Shown: in pieces, positions 49,870 to 62,200 of the stretch
Numbering within the stretch: position 1 is the stretch's first letter
Layout of the letters: each line of letters begins with the position of its first letter
Assembly (NCBI GenBank): GCA_950097015.1
Contig: CATNEN010000001.1
Span: 3,100,001 to 3,164,000 of the forward strand
Direction: 5' to 3'
Length of the DNA: 64,000 nt
Origin: Macrostomum hystrix
Taxonomy: Eukaryota; Animalia; Platyhelminthes
Notes under the pieces: model-generated
Seen by the model: the letters and a program-made list of their open reading frames with translations, nothing else
Told to the model about the DNA's origin: nothing
Databases searched by the model: none
Position numbers and translations under genes: made by a program

Positions 49870-52195
49870 ATGTCAATGAAGATGCAGCAGTCAGCTCTGC
49901 ACGCATCGGTGTCACCGCGAATTAAAATAGTTTTAGGCGAGAAGCCATCTGTAACGCATTGCAATCCGTTCTATTTAATGAGCAAAGAGGCGCCGCAGGA
50001 GGCTCCACTAACTGGAGCTTCGAATCTTATTAGGCATCACGATCTTGAACAGACTTACTCTATGTACTGTACTAGGCGATTGCGAGAAGAATTGTCTTGT
50101 TTTTTACCCGGACTACCTGGCCAGGTTGATACTAATGGGTGAGTTCGTTGATTGATGCAGAGGGATTGGGGTGACTCAATGGTCACCGAGCCTAATTAGT
50201 CTGTGAATTAAAGTTAACTAATCTGGTTGAATCAGAGTTTACTCTAAAAGGGAATCAAATTTTGCACATTTAAAAAAGTCATGTGACTCAACATTGACCA
50301 TCCCAAATGTGCCAGTGTGACTCAAAGGTGACCCATTTAAATGAGTCAGTGTGACTCAAAGTTGACTCATTTAAATGTGTCAGTGTGACTCAAAGTTGAA
50401 ATATTTGAAGGGTTCAGAGTAACTCAAATTGACATATTTGAAGGGTTCACAGTAACTCAAATTGACATATTTGAATGGGTCACAGTAACTCAAATTGACA
50501 TATTTGAAGGGTTCACAGTAACTCAAATTGACATATTTGAAGGGTTCACAGTAACTCAAAGTTGACATATTTGAATGGGTCACAGTAACTCAAATTGACA
50601 TATTTGAAGGGTTCACAGTAACTCAAATTGACATATTTGAAGGGTTCACAGTAACTCAAATTGACATATTTGAATGGGTCACAGTAACTCAAATTGACAT
50701 ATTTGAAGGGTTCACAGTAACTCAAATTGACATATTTGAATGGGTCACAGTAACTCAAATTGACATATTTGAAGGGTTCACAGTAGCTCAAATTGACATA
50801 TTTGAAGGGTTCACAGTAACTCAAAGTTGACATATTTGAATGGGTCACAGTAACTCAAATTGACATATTTGAATGGGTCACAGTAACTCAAATTGACATA
50901 TTTGAATGAGTCACAGTAACTCAAATTGACATATTTGAATGGGTCACAGTAACTCAAATTGACATATTTGAATGGGTCACAGTAACTCAAATTGACATAT
51001 TTGAATGGGTCACAGTAACTCAAATTGACATATTTGAATGGGTCACAGTAACTCAAATTGACATATTTGAATGAGTCACAGTAACTCAAATTGTCATATT
51101 TGAATGGGTCACAGTGACTCAAAGTTGACACATTTGAATGGGTCAGGTGACTCAAAGTTGACACATTTGAATGGGTCACAGTGACTCAAAGTTGACACAT
51201 TTGAATGGGTTACAGTGACTCAAAGTTGACACATTTGAATGGGTCACAGTGACTCAAAGTTGACACATTTGAATGGGTCACAGTGACTCAAAGTTGACAC
51301 ATTTGAATGGGTTACAGTGACTCAAAGTTGACACATTTGAATGGGTCACAGTGACTCAAAGTTGACACATTTGAATGGGTCACAGTTGACTCAAACTTGA
51401 CATATTTTAATGGGTTACAGTGACTCAAAGTTGACACATTTGAATGGGTCTGGTTGACCCAAAATTGAAGATTCAAATGTGTCAGCTTGGATTGTGGCAC
51501 CAAAGAGTAAGCCTCAGTAGATTCAAGTTGACGTCAATTGTGTTTTGTATTGAAAATGAAACTACGGCAAACACCCGAATCTAATCGTATTCAGCTCCGA
51601 CGATGGTTCTTCGCTTCTAGAGATGATCGAACGACCCCCAGTCACTGGCAAAGATCTGGCGCCTTTGTCAGCCAACGCATTGTCAGCTTTCCGTCTGCAC
51701 GAAGGCCCGGTTCCGCCGGAATTAGCTCAATTATTTAACAAGCCGCCAACACAAAATCAGCAGCAACAGCAGCAGCAGCAGTTGCTTCAGTCTGCCCAAC
51801 AGGTACAGCAATCTCAGCAGCAGCAGCAGGCGCCTGGTCGCACTAGGAAGCGCCGACACGAGGCTATGATCACCGACATGATTGGCAGCAGTTACGCCGA
51901 GTCGTCATCCTCGGCTGCCGAAGCTACAACCGGCACGTCGGCGCCAGTAGCTTCAGTGTCATCCACTGCGGCTCCGTCCATCAGTAGATTTGCTGCCGGC
52001 GTACCGCCGCTTCCACCGCCGCCTCCTCTGCCAACTTCATCTGTCGCGTCGACAATGCCAACAGCGGCTATGATTGGTGGCACGTCGGCTAGTGCAGCAG
52101 CCGCGTTGGCTGCCGCAAAATCTGATAAGGCCGAACGCAAAGCGGAGAGAAAGCGAAAGAAAGAGAAGAAACGAAAGACTAAAGAGAGAGTTTAA
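49870..52195 (+). CDS. MED19: Mediator of RNA polymerase II transcription subunit 19; exons 49870-50138, 51595-52195
   Basis: PFYLM...LTGASNLIRHHDLEQTY...LSCFLPGLPGQVD|...LEMIERPP...FRLHEGPVP and a Lys-rich tail. The phase-2 GT-AG junction is in frame. Confidence 0.92.
50310..51460. repeat. 33-34-bp minisatellite (GGGTCACAGTAACTCAAATTGACATATTTGAAT)n in the MED19 intron
   Basis: Tandem array with two sub-variant zones. Confidence 0.95.
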
Positions 52196-52304
52196 TAAGA
52201 GAACATTTTTCATTCGCAACAATGAAAACTTAGTTAAAAAATTGTAGACTGAATTTGGTGTCATAGAAGTTAAATCTAGTCATTAAGTCGATGTTAAACT
52301 TGGT

Positions 52305-53782
52305 TTATTGATGCCAGTTTAAACTTTAGGTCATTGATGCCAGTTTAAACTTTAGGTCATTGATGTCAGTTTAAACTTTAGGTCGTTGTTGCCAGTTTAA
52401 ACTTTAGGTCATTGATGCCAGTTTAAACTTTAGGTCATTGTTGCCAGTTTAAACTTTAGTTCCTTCATGCCAGTTTGAACTTTAAGTCATTGATGTCAGT
52501 TTAAACTTTAGGTCATTGATGCTAGTTTAAACTTTAGGTCATTGATGCTAGTTTAAACTTTAGGTCATTGATGCCAGTTTAAACTTTAGGTCGTTGATGC
52601 CAGTTTAAACTTTAGGTCATTGATGCCAGTTTAAACTTTAGGTCATTGATGCTAGTTTAAACTTTAGGTCATTGATGTCAGTTTAAACTTTAGGTCGTTG
52701 TTGCCAGTTTAAAATTTAGGTCATTGATGCCAGTTTAAACTTTAGGTCATTGTTGCCAGTTTAAACTTTAGTTCATTGATGCCAGTTTAAACTTTAAGTC
52801 ATTGATGTCAGTTTAAACTTTAGGTCATTAATGCTAGTTTAAACTTTAGGTCGTTGATGCTAGTTTAAACTTTAGGTCATTGATGCTAGTTTAAACTTTA
52901 GGTCATTGATGCTAGTTTAAACTTTAGGTCATTGATGCTAGTTTAAACTTTAGGTCATTGATGCCAGTTTAAACTTTAGGTCATTGATGCCAGTTTAAAC
53001 TTTAGGTCATTGATGCTAGTTTAAACTTTAGGTCATTGATGCCAGTTTAAACTTTAGGTCATTGATGCTAGTTTAAACTTTAGGTCATTGATGCCAGTTT
53101 AAACTTTAGGTCATTGATGCCAGTTTAAACTTTAAGTCATTGATGTCAGTTTAAACTTTAGGTCATTGATGCTAGTTTAAACTTTAGGTCATTGATGTCA
53201 GTTTAAACTTTAGGTCATTGATGCTAGTTTAAACTTTAGGTCGTTGATGCTAGTTTAAACTTTAGGTCATTGATGCCAGTTTAAACTTTAGGTCATTGAT
53301 GCTAGTTTAAACTTTAGGTCATTGATGCTAGTTTAAACTTTAGTTCATTGATGCCAGTTTAAACTTTAGGTCGTTGATGCCAGTTTAAACTTTAGGTCAT
53401 TGATGCCAGTTTAAACTTTAGGTCATTGATGCTAGTTTAAACTTTAGGTCATTGATGCTAGTTTAAACTTTAGGTCATTGATGCTAGTTTAAACTTTAGG
53501 TCATTGATGCCAGTTTAAACTTTAGGTCGTTGATGCCAGTTTAAACTTTAGGTCGTTGATGCCAGTTTAAACTTTAGGTCGTTGATGCCAGTTTAAACTT
53601 TAGGTCATTGATGCCAGTTTAAACTTTAGGTCATTGTTGCCAGTTTAAACTTTAGGTCGTTGATGCTAGTTTAAACTTTAGGTCGTTGATGCCAGTTTAA
53701 ACTTTAGGTCGTTGATGCCAGTTTAAACTTTAGGTCGTTGATGCTAGTTTAAACTTTAGGTCATTGATGCCAGTTTAAACTT
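52305..53782. repeat. 27-bp minisatellite (TTGATGCCAGTTTAAACTTTAGGTCA-type)n containing palindrome AGTTTAAACT
   Basis: Tandem array starting ~110 bp after the MED19 stop codon. Confidence 0.97.
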
Positions 53783-54257
53783 GGCATATATTACCTGGAG
53801 TTTATCATGTAATATGTCAGTGCATGAGCTAGGTCATTAAGACGTGTGGTCAGATTTTAGTCGAATCTATGCATCTGGTACCCATTGATTGTGTCTAGAA
53901 TGTTTTGTTCAGCCAGTACGAGCGTAATTGCTAATAAAAAACATTTTTCTGAAATATTTACCGACTTCTCGTATATATGCTATGTGCTTGTGAGTGATGA
54001 TTTAATAATGTGTGCATTCAGCTTGTTAATAATAATTTGTAAAAAAGTTCGTATTCATTTGCAATCATTAATTCTGTAAGTGGTTAATTTAATTTAACTG
54101 TTTAATTACCCCTTATGTTCTCGGACTTATAATCGAGAACTATTGAGTTCCAGTCTTTGCAAAAGAAGAACTTAAAGTTTGCACAGCTAAAAACAGGTTA
54201 CCAGCCATTACTGGTTAGCAGGGCTATAAGTTTTGGTTCGTACTATGCCTTCTACAG

Positions 54258-54556
54258 TAATAATAATAATAATAATACTTGATTACACCTGCCCCAATTA
54301 GGCCAGATGTGCAGCCGACAGCAACAGCCGCTGCTATTTCGCGGCGCACAGCTGTTCAGTCCATGGACTGGGGGGAAGCCACACCCACCCTTAATTAATC
54401 CAGTAATGCTGGTACCCATTCAACAGCTGGGTGAACTGAAGCACTGCAGAGTTAAGTGTCTTGCTAAAGGAAACAAATAGTTCCAGTGGAGTCGGGAATC
54501 GAACTCCTGACCTTCAAGTCGTGAGTCCGACGCTCTAACCACTAGGCTACAACCTC
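54258..54556 (-). mobile_element. SINE family A
   Basis: Reverse-complement match, including A/B boxes and (AAT)n tail. Confidence 0.85.
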
Positions 54557-54621
54557 CTAGGCTACAGCCCCCTACAGTCCACGGACGGAACAGCTGTACG
54601 CCGCGCAATGGCTATATAATT

Positions 54622-54860
54622 TGACACATCATTTGGTGACACTAGACCCGCAGACAGTAATGAGGCAATTCTGTCCATTTCGCTGACTCCCGAGCACACA
54701 CGCTAACACAGGTGTGTACATCTGCCCTGAATTTCTGTCATCAATGCAATGTCATCGTCAGGCAGTATACACTTTCACCGACAAGCCCCCAAACCCTTTC
54801 TCCGCGGCTGCGCCCCAAATGAATGAGGCCACGACCCGGAATCGAGCTCAGGGACTTATC
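54622..54860 (-). mobile_element. SINE family B
   Basis: Reverse complement shares GAGCTCGATTCC, GCGCAGCCGCGGAGA, CTGCCTGACGATG...CAGGGCAGATGTACACAC and GGTCTAGTGTCACCAAATGA. Confidence 0.7.
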
Positions 54861-55020
54861 AAAGTCGCAACGATTTGAATTTTTTTTCGCATATGTGTAC
54901 AGGAGACTTTCCAAATATTAAATATTTTCTTTTATTTCAGCCGCAGTGGATTTGGATAGTCGATCGCCCAGAAGTAGAAGAATCTACTAGATAAAATCTA
55001 CTGATTATTCAGTGAGAATA

Positions 55021-58000
55021 ATGATGAAATCGTCGCAGCAGCATAGCGCCGCTAGCGTCCCTAGCAACAATAGTTTGCGAGCCCGCAAAATCGATTCGAT
55101 GCGTCGCATGCTGAATTTGAATGCTCCTCTGGCCTCGGCGCCAAGAATCACCGCGACAGCGTCTGGCGGAGTCGGCGCGACTGACTCAGACGAGCCGCAG
55201 TGGAAGGTAGTTTTAGAAATTTGAATGCACTTTTAAATATTTTTTTATGACAGGTTGTTACTATGGCAATGCATAACTAAATAATTTACTCCCACTCCGG
55301 CCAAGAAAAATGTCGATCCCATAACAGAATTGTCACTCCCCTAACAGAATTGTCTCTCCCCTAACAGAATTGTCACTCCCATAACTGAATTGTCTCTCCC
55401 CTAACTGAAATGTCACTCCCCTAACTGAATTGTCTCTCCCCTAACTGAATTGTCTCTCCCCTAACTGAAATGTCTCTCCCCTAACTGAATTGTCACTCCC
55501 CTAACTGAATTGTCTCTCCCCTAACTGAATTGTCTCTCCCCTAACTGAATTGTCTCTCCCCTAACTGAAATGTCACTCCCCTAACTGAATTGTCTCTCCC
55601 CTAACTGAATTGTCACTCCCCTAACTGAATTGTCACTCCCCTAACTGAATTGTCTCTCCCCTAACTGAATTGTCACTCCCCTAACTGAATTGTCTCTCCC
55701 CTAACTGAATTGTCTCTCCCCTAACTGAATTGTCTCTCCCCTAACTGAATTGTCTCTCCCCTAACTGAATTGTCACTCCCCTAACTGAATTGTCTCTCCC
55801 CTAACTGAATTGTCACTCCCCTAACTGAATTGTCTCTCCCCTAACTGAAATGTCACTCCCCTAACTGAATTGTCTCTCCCCTAACTGAATTGTCTCTCCC
55901 CCAACTGAATTGTCTCTCCCCTAACTGAAATGTCTCTCCCCTAACTGAATTGTCTCTCCCCTAACTGAAATGTCACTCCCCTAACTGAATTGTCTCTCCC
56001 CTAACTGAATTGTCTCTCCCCTAACTGAAATGTCACTCCCCTAACTGAAATGTCACTCCCCTAACTGAATTGTCTCTCCCCTAACTGAATTGTCTCTCCC
56101 CTAACTGAAATGTCACTCCCCTAACTGAATTGTCTCTCCCCTAACTGAAATGTCACTCCCCTAACTGAATTGTCACTCCCCTAACTGAAATGTCTCTCCC
56201 CTAACTGAAATGTCACTCCCCTAACTGAATTGTCTCTCCCCTAACTGAAATGTCACTCCCCTAACTGAATTGTCACTCCCCTAACTGAAATGTCACTCCC
56301 CTAACTGAATTGTCTCTCCCCTAACTGAATTGTCTCTCCCCTAACTGAATTGTCTCTCCCCTAACTGAATTGTCTCTCCCCTAACTGAATTGTCTCTCCC
56401 CTAACTGAATTGTCTCTCCCCTAACTGAATTGTCTCTCCCCTAACTGAATTGTCTCTCCCCTAACTGAATTGTCTCTCCCCTAACTGAATTGTCACTCCC
56501 CTAACTGAAATGTCTCTCCCCTAACTGAAATGTCACTCCCCTAACTGAATTGTCTCTCCCCTAACTGAAATGTCACTCCCCTAACTGAATTGTCACTCCC
56601 CTAACTGAAATGTCACTCCCCTAACTGAATTGTCTCTCCCCTAACTGAATTGTCTCTCCCCTAACTGAATTGTCTCTCCCCTAACTGAATTGTCTCTCCC
56701 CTAACTGAATTGTCTCTCCCCTAACTGAATTGTCTCTCCCCTAACTGAATTGTCTCTCCCCTAACTGAATTGTCTCTCCCCTAACTGAATTGTCTCTCCC
56801 CTAACTGAATTGTCTCTCCCCTAACTGAATTGTCTCTCCCCTAACTGAATTGTCTCTCCCCTAACTGAATTGTCTCTCCCCTAACTGAAATGTCACTCCC
56901 CTAACTGAATTGTCACTCCCCTAACTGAAATGTCACTCCCCTAACTGAATTGTCTCTCCCCTAACTGAATTGTCTCTCCCCTAACTGAATTGTCTCTCCC
57001 CTAACTGAATTGTCTCTCCCCTAACTGAATTGTCTCTCCCCTAACTGAATTGTCTCTCCCCTAACTGAATTGTCTCTCCCCTAACTGAATTGTCTCTCCC
57101 CTAACTGAATTGTCTCTCCCCTAACTGAAATGTCACTCCCCTAACTGAATTGTCTCTCCCCTAACTGAATTGTCTCTCCCCTAACTGAATTGTCTCTCCC
57201 CTAACTGAATTGTCACTCCCCTAACTGAATTGTCACTCCCCTAACTGAAATGTCACTCCCCTAACTGAATTGTCTCTCCCCTAACTGAATTGTCACTCCC
57301 CTAACTGAATTGTCACTCCCCTAACTGAAATGTCACTCCCCTAACTGAATTGTCTCTCCCCTAACTGAATTGTCACTCCCCTAACTGAAATGTCTCTCCC
57401 CTAACTGAATTGTCACTCCCCTAACTGAATTGTCACTCCCCTAACTGAATTGTCTCTCCCCTAACTGAATTGTCTCCCCCCTAACTGAAATGTCTCTCCC
57501 CTAACTGAATTGTCACTCCCCTAACTGAATTGTCTCTCCCCTAACTGAAATGTCACTCCCCTAACTGAATTGTCTCTCCCCTAACTGAATTGTCACTCCC
57601 CTAACTGAATTGTCTCTCCCCTAACTGAAATGTCACTCCCCTAACTGAATTGTCTCCCCCCTAACTGAATTGTCTCTCCCCTAACTGAATTGTCACTCCC
57701 CTAACTGAATTGTCTCTCCCCTAACTGAAATGTCACTCCCCTAACTGAATTGTCTCCCCCCTAACTGAAATGTCACTCCCCTAACTGAATTGTCACTCCC
57801 CTAACTGAATTGTCTCTCCCCTAACTGAATTGTCTCTCCCCTAACTGAAATGTCACTCCCCTAACTGAATTGTCTCTCCCCTAACTGAATTGTCTCTCCC
57901 CTAACTGAATTGTCTCTCCCCTAACTGAAATGTCACTCCCCTAACTGAATTGTCACTCCCCTAACAGAATTGTCACTCAACTAGCTAAAATGTCACTCCC

Positions 58001-61000
58001 CTAACTTAAATATCAATCCCCTTAACTTAAAATGTCGCTCCCATTACTTAAATTTCACTTCCCTAACGAAATTGTCCCTCCCCTAACTGAATTGTCACTC
58101 CCTTAGTTTATTGTCACTCCCCTAACTAAATTGTCATTCCCCTTAGTTAATTGTCACTCCCCTTAGTTAATTGTCACTCCCCTTAGTTAATTGTCACTCC
58201 CCTTAGTTAATTGTCACTCCCCTTAGTTAATTGTCACTCCCCTTAGTTAATTGTCACTCCCCTTACTAAATTGTCACTCCCCTAACTGAATTGTCATTCC
58301 CCTAAATAAATTGTCACTCCCCTAACTGAAATGTCACTCCCCTAACTGAATTGTCTCTCCCCTAACTGAAATGTCACTCCCCTAACTGAATTGTCACTCC
58401 CTTAGTTTATTGTCACTCCCCTAACTAAATTGTCATTCCCCTTAGTTAATTGTCACTCCCCTTAGTTAATTGTCACTCCCCTTAGTTAATTGTCACTCCC
58501 CTTAGTTAATTGTCACTCCCCTTAGTTAATTGTCACTCCCCTAACTAAATTGTCACTCCCCTAACTGAATTGTCATTCCCCTAAATAAATTGTCACTCCC
58601 CTAACTGAAATGTCACTCCCCTAACTGAATTGTCACTCCCCTAACTGAAATGTCTCTCCCCTAACTGAATTGTCTCTCCCCTAACTGAAATGTCACTCCC
58701 CTAACTGAATTGTCTCTCCCCTAACTGAATTGTCTCTCCCCTAACTGAAATGTCACTCCCCTAACTGAATTGTCTCTCCCCTAACTGAAATGTCACTCCC
58801 CTAACTGAAATGTCACTCCCCTAACTGAAATGTCACTCCCCTAACTGAATTGTCTCTCCCCTAACTGAAATGTCTCTCCCCTAACTGAATTGTCTCTCCC
58901 CTAACTGAAATGTCTCTCCCCTAACTGAAATGTCACTCCCCTAACTGAATTGTCTCTCCCCTAACTGAATTGTCCCTCCCCTAACTGAATTGTCTCTCCC
59001 CTAACTGAAATGTCACTCCCCTAACTGAATTGTCTCTCCCCTAACTGAATTGTCTCTCCCCTAACTGAATTGTCTCTCCCCTAACTGAAATGTCACTCCC
59101 CTAACTGAATTGTCTCTCCCCTAACTGAAATGTCTCTCCCCTAACTGAAATGTCACTCCCCTAACTGAATTGTCTCTCCCCTAACTGAATTGTCCCTCCC
59201 CTAACTGAATTGTCTCTCCCCTAACTGAAATGTCACTCCCCTAACTGAATTGTCTCTCCCCTAACTGAATTGTCCCTCCCCTAACTGAATTGTCTCTCCC
59301 CTAACTGAAATGTCACTCCCCTAACTGAATTGTCTCTCCCCTAACTGAATTGTCTCTCCCCTAACTGAAATGTCACTCCCCTAACTGAATTGTCTCTCCC
59401 CTAACTGAATTGTCACTCCCCTAACTGAATTGTCTCTCCCCTAACTGAATTGTCTCTCCCCTAACTGAATTGTCACTCCCCTAACTGAATTGTCACTCCC
59501 CTAACTGAAATGTCACTCCCCTAACTGAATTGTCTCTCCCCTAACTGAATTGTCACTCCCCTAACTGAATTGTCTCTCCCCTAACTGAAATGTCTCTCCC
59601 CTAACTGAATTGTCTCTCCCCTAACTGAAATGTCACTCCCCTAACTGAATTGTCTCTCCCCTAACTGAATTGTCTCTCCCCTAACTGAATTGTCTCTCCC
59701 CTAACTGAAATGTCACTCCCCTAACTGAATTGTCACTCCCCTAACAGAATTGTCACTCAACTAGCTAAAATGTCACTCCCCTAACTTAAATGTCAATCCC
59801 CTTAACTTAAAATGTCGCTCCCATTACTTAAATTTCACTTCCCTAACGAAATTGTCCCTCCCCTAACTGAATTGTCACTCCCTTAGTTTATTGTCACTCC
59901 CCTAACTAAATTGTCATTCCCCTTAGTTAATTGTCACTCCCCTTAGTTAATTGTCACTCCCCTTAGTTAATTGTCACTCCCCTTAGTTAATTGTCACTCC
60001 CCTTAGTTAATTGTCACTCCCCTTACTAAATTGTCACTCCCCTAACTGAATTGTCATTCCCCTAAATAAATTGTCACTCCCCTAACTGAAATGTCACTCC
60101 CCTAACTGAATTGTCTCTCCCCTAACTGAAATGTCACTCCCCTAACTGAATTGTCACTCCCTTAGTTTATTGTCACTCCCCTAACTAAATTGTCATTCCC
60201 CTTAGTTAATTGTCACTCCCCTTAGTTAATTGTCACTCCCCTTAGTTAATTGTCACTCCCCTTAGTTAATTGTCACTCCCCTTAGTTAATTGTCACTCCC
60301 CTAACTAAATTGTCACTCCCCTAACTGAATTGTCATTCCCCTAAATAAATTGTCACTCCCCTAACTGAATTGTCTCTCCCCTAACTGAATTGTCACTCCC
60401 CTAACTGAAATGTCTCTCCCCTAACTGAATTGTCTCTCCCCTAACTGAAATGTCACTCCCCTAACTGAATTGTCTCTCCCCTAACTGAATTGTCTCTCCC
60501 CTAACTGAAATGTCACTCCCCTAACTGAATTGTCTCTCCCCTAACTGAAATGTCACTCCCCTAACTGAAATGTCACTCCCCTAACTGAAATGTCACTCCC
60601 CTAACTGAATTGTCACTCCCCTAACTGAATTGTCTCTCCCCTAACTGAATTGTCTCTCCCCTAACTGAATTGTCACTCCCCTAACTGAATTGTCACTCCC
60701 CTAACTGAATTGTCTCTCCCCTAACTGAATTGTCTCTCCCCTAACTGAAATGTCACTCCCCTAACTGAATTGTCACTCCCCTAACTAAATTGTCACTTCC
60801 GTAACCAAAATGCCACTCCGCTAACTAGAATATCACTCCCTCAAGTAAAATGTCACTCCCCAAACTGAATTGTCACTCCCCTAACTGAATTGTCACTCCC
60901 CTAACTAAATTTTCACTCCCCTGGCAGAATTGTCACTCCCCTAACTGAATTGTCACTCCCCTAACTGAATTGTCACTCCCCTAACTGAATTGTCACTCCC

Positions 61001-62177
61001 CTAACTAAATTTTCACTCCCCTGGCAGAATTGTCACTCCTTTTTTTAATTGGCTCTCCCCTAAATGAGTTGTTTCTCCCCTGTAAAAAAACATCACACTC
61101 CCTCACTAAAATGTCACTCCCTTAAAGAAATGGTACTTCCTCAGATATCACTGTCAGATTCGTAATGTCACTCATACCATTAAGTCACTCTCCACGGCAT
61201 CATATAGTAATTTCTGTAAGAAGGCTATAAAATAATAAAAGTCTTCCTAAAATCGCGATTCCTCCAGGTGCTAATCTACGACCGCAGCGGGCAGGACATG
61301 ATTTCGCCTTTGCTAACCGTGAAAGATCTACGCGATCTAGGCGTCACGCTGCACTTGCCGTTGCATTCGGATCGGGAACCGCTGTCAGATGTGGCCGCCG
61401 TCTATTTTATGAATCCGAGCGATGAAAATTTGCAACGTCTGGCTAGAGACCTGGCCGCTGGACTGTACGAATCCTATCATCTGAATTTTATATCACCTAT
61501 ATCTAGGCACAAACTGGAGGATTTAGCTCAGGTCAGTAATTCCAATACACTACATTGTGGAACGATTCCACATCGATAGCTTTCATTACTGTCCCGCTTT
61601 TCAAATTATCCTAACTTTTCTTATATTTCATATTTCAGATTTTAAATTATCCCACCTTTAAAAATATCTCAACACTTAAACTGTCCTAAATCTTAAAAAT
61701 GACCATATATCCCAAAATTATCCCTAACCGCAGGCTGCAATCAACGGCAACTCGGTCGGCCAAATCAGCCGAGTCGTTGATCAGTACTCAGATTTCATCT
61801 GTCTTGAAGAAGATCTATTCGTGTTGCGTCACCATTCTGCTGACAGTTTGTCCTACAAAGCTTTGAATCGGCCAGACAGTAGCGACGACGCGATGGAATC
61901 GATGCTGAACGAGATCGCTAGCGGCCTGTTCTCGGTGTGTGTCACTCTAGGCGCTGTGCCAGTGATTCGTTGTCCGGGTGGCAACGCGGCCGAAGCTGTA
62001 GCTGCTAAGCTGGATAAGAAGCTGCGCGACAATCTGCGAGACGCCAGGAACAGCTTGTTTACCGGCGGCGGCGATCCAACAGCATCGGCTCATTATTCGT
62101 TTCAGAGGCCGCTACTGTTGCTGCTAGATCGCAGTCTGGATTTGGCCACTATGCTCCATCATCCGTGGACTTATCAG
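55021..62177 (+). CDS. SCFD1: Sec1 family domain-containing protein 1 (Sly1), 5' partial; exons 55021-55206, 61268-61531, 61734-62177
   Basis: MRRMLNLN...EPQWK|VLIYDRSGQDMISPLLTVKDLRDLGVTLHL...VYF...FISPISR; VDQY; PVIRCP; FQRPLLLLLDRSLDLATMLHHPWTYQ. Phase-0 GT-AG junctions. Confidence 0.95.
55320..61040. repeat. 20-bp satellite (CTAACTGAATTGTCTCTCCC)n, ~5.7 kb, in SCFD1 intron 1
   Basis: About 285 tandem units. A variant block recurs at ~57960 and ~59740. Confidence 0.98.
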
Positions 62178-62200
62178 GTCTGGCTTGTGCGAAATTTTGC

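Noticed and set aside
50310-53782. CRISPR-like arrays (27-34 bp repeats)
   Set aside because: Head-to-tail repeats with no unique spacers, no cas genes, and a eukaryotic context.
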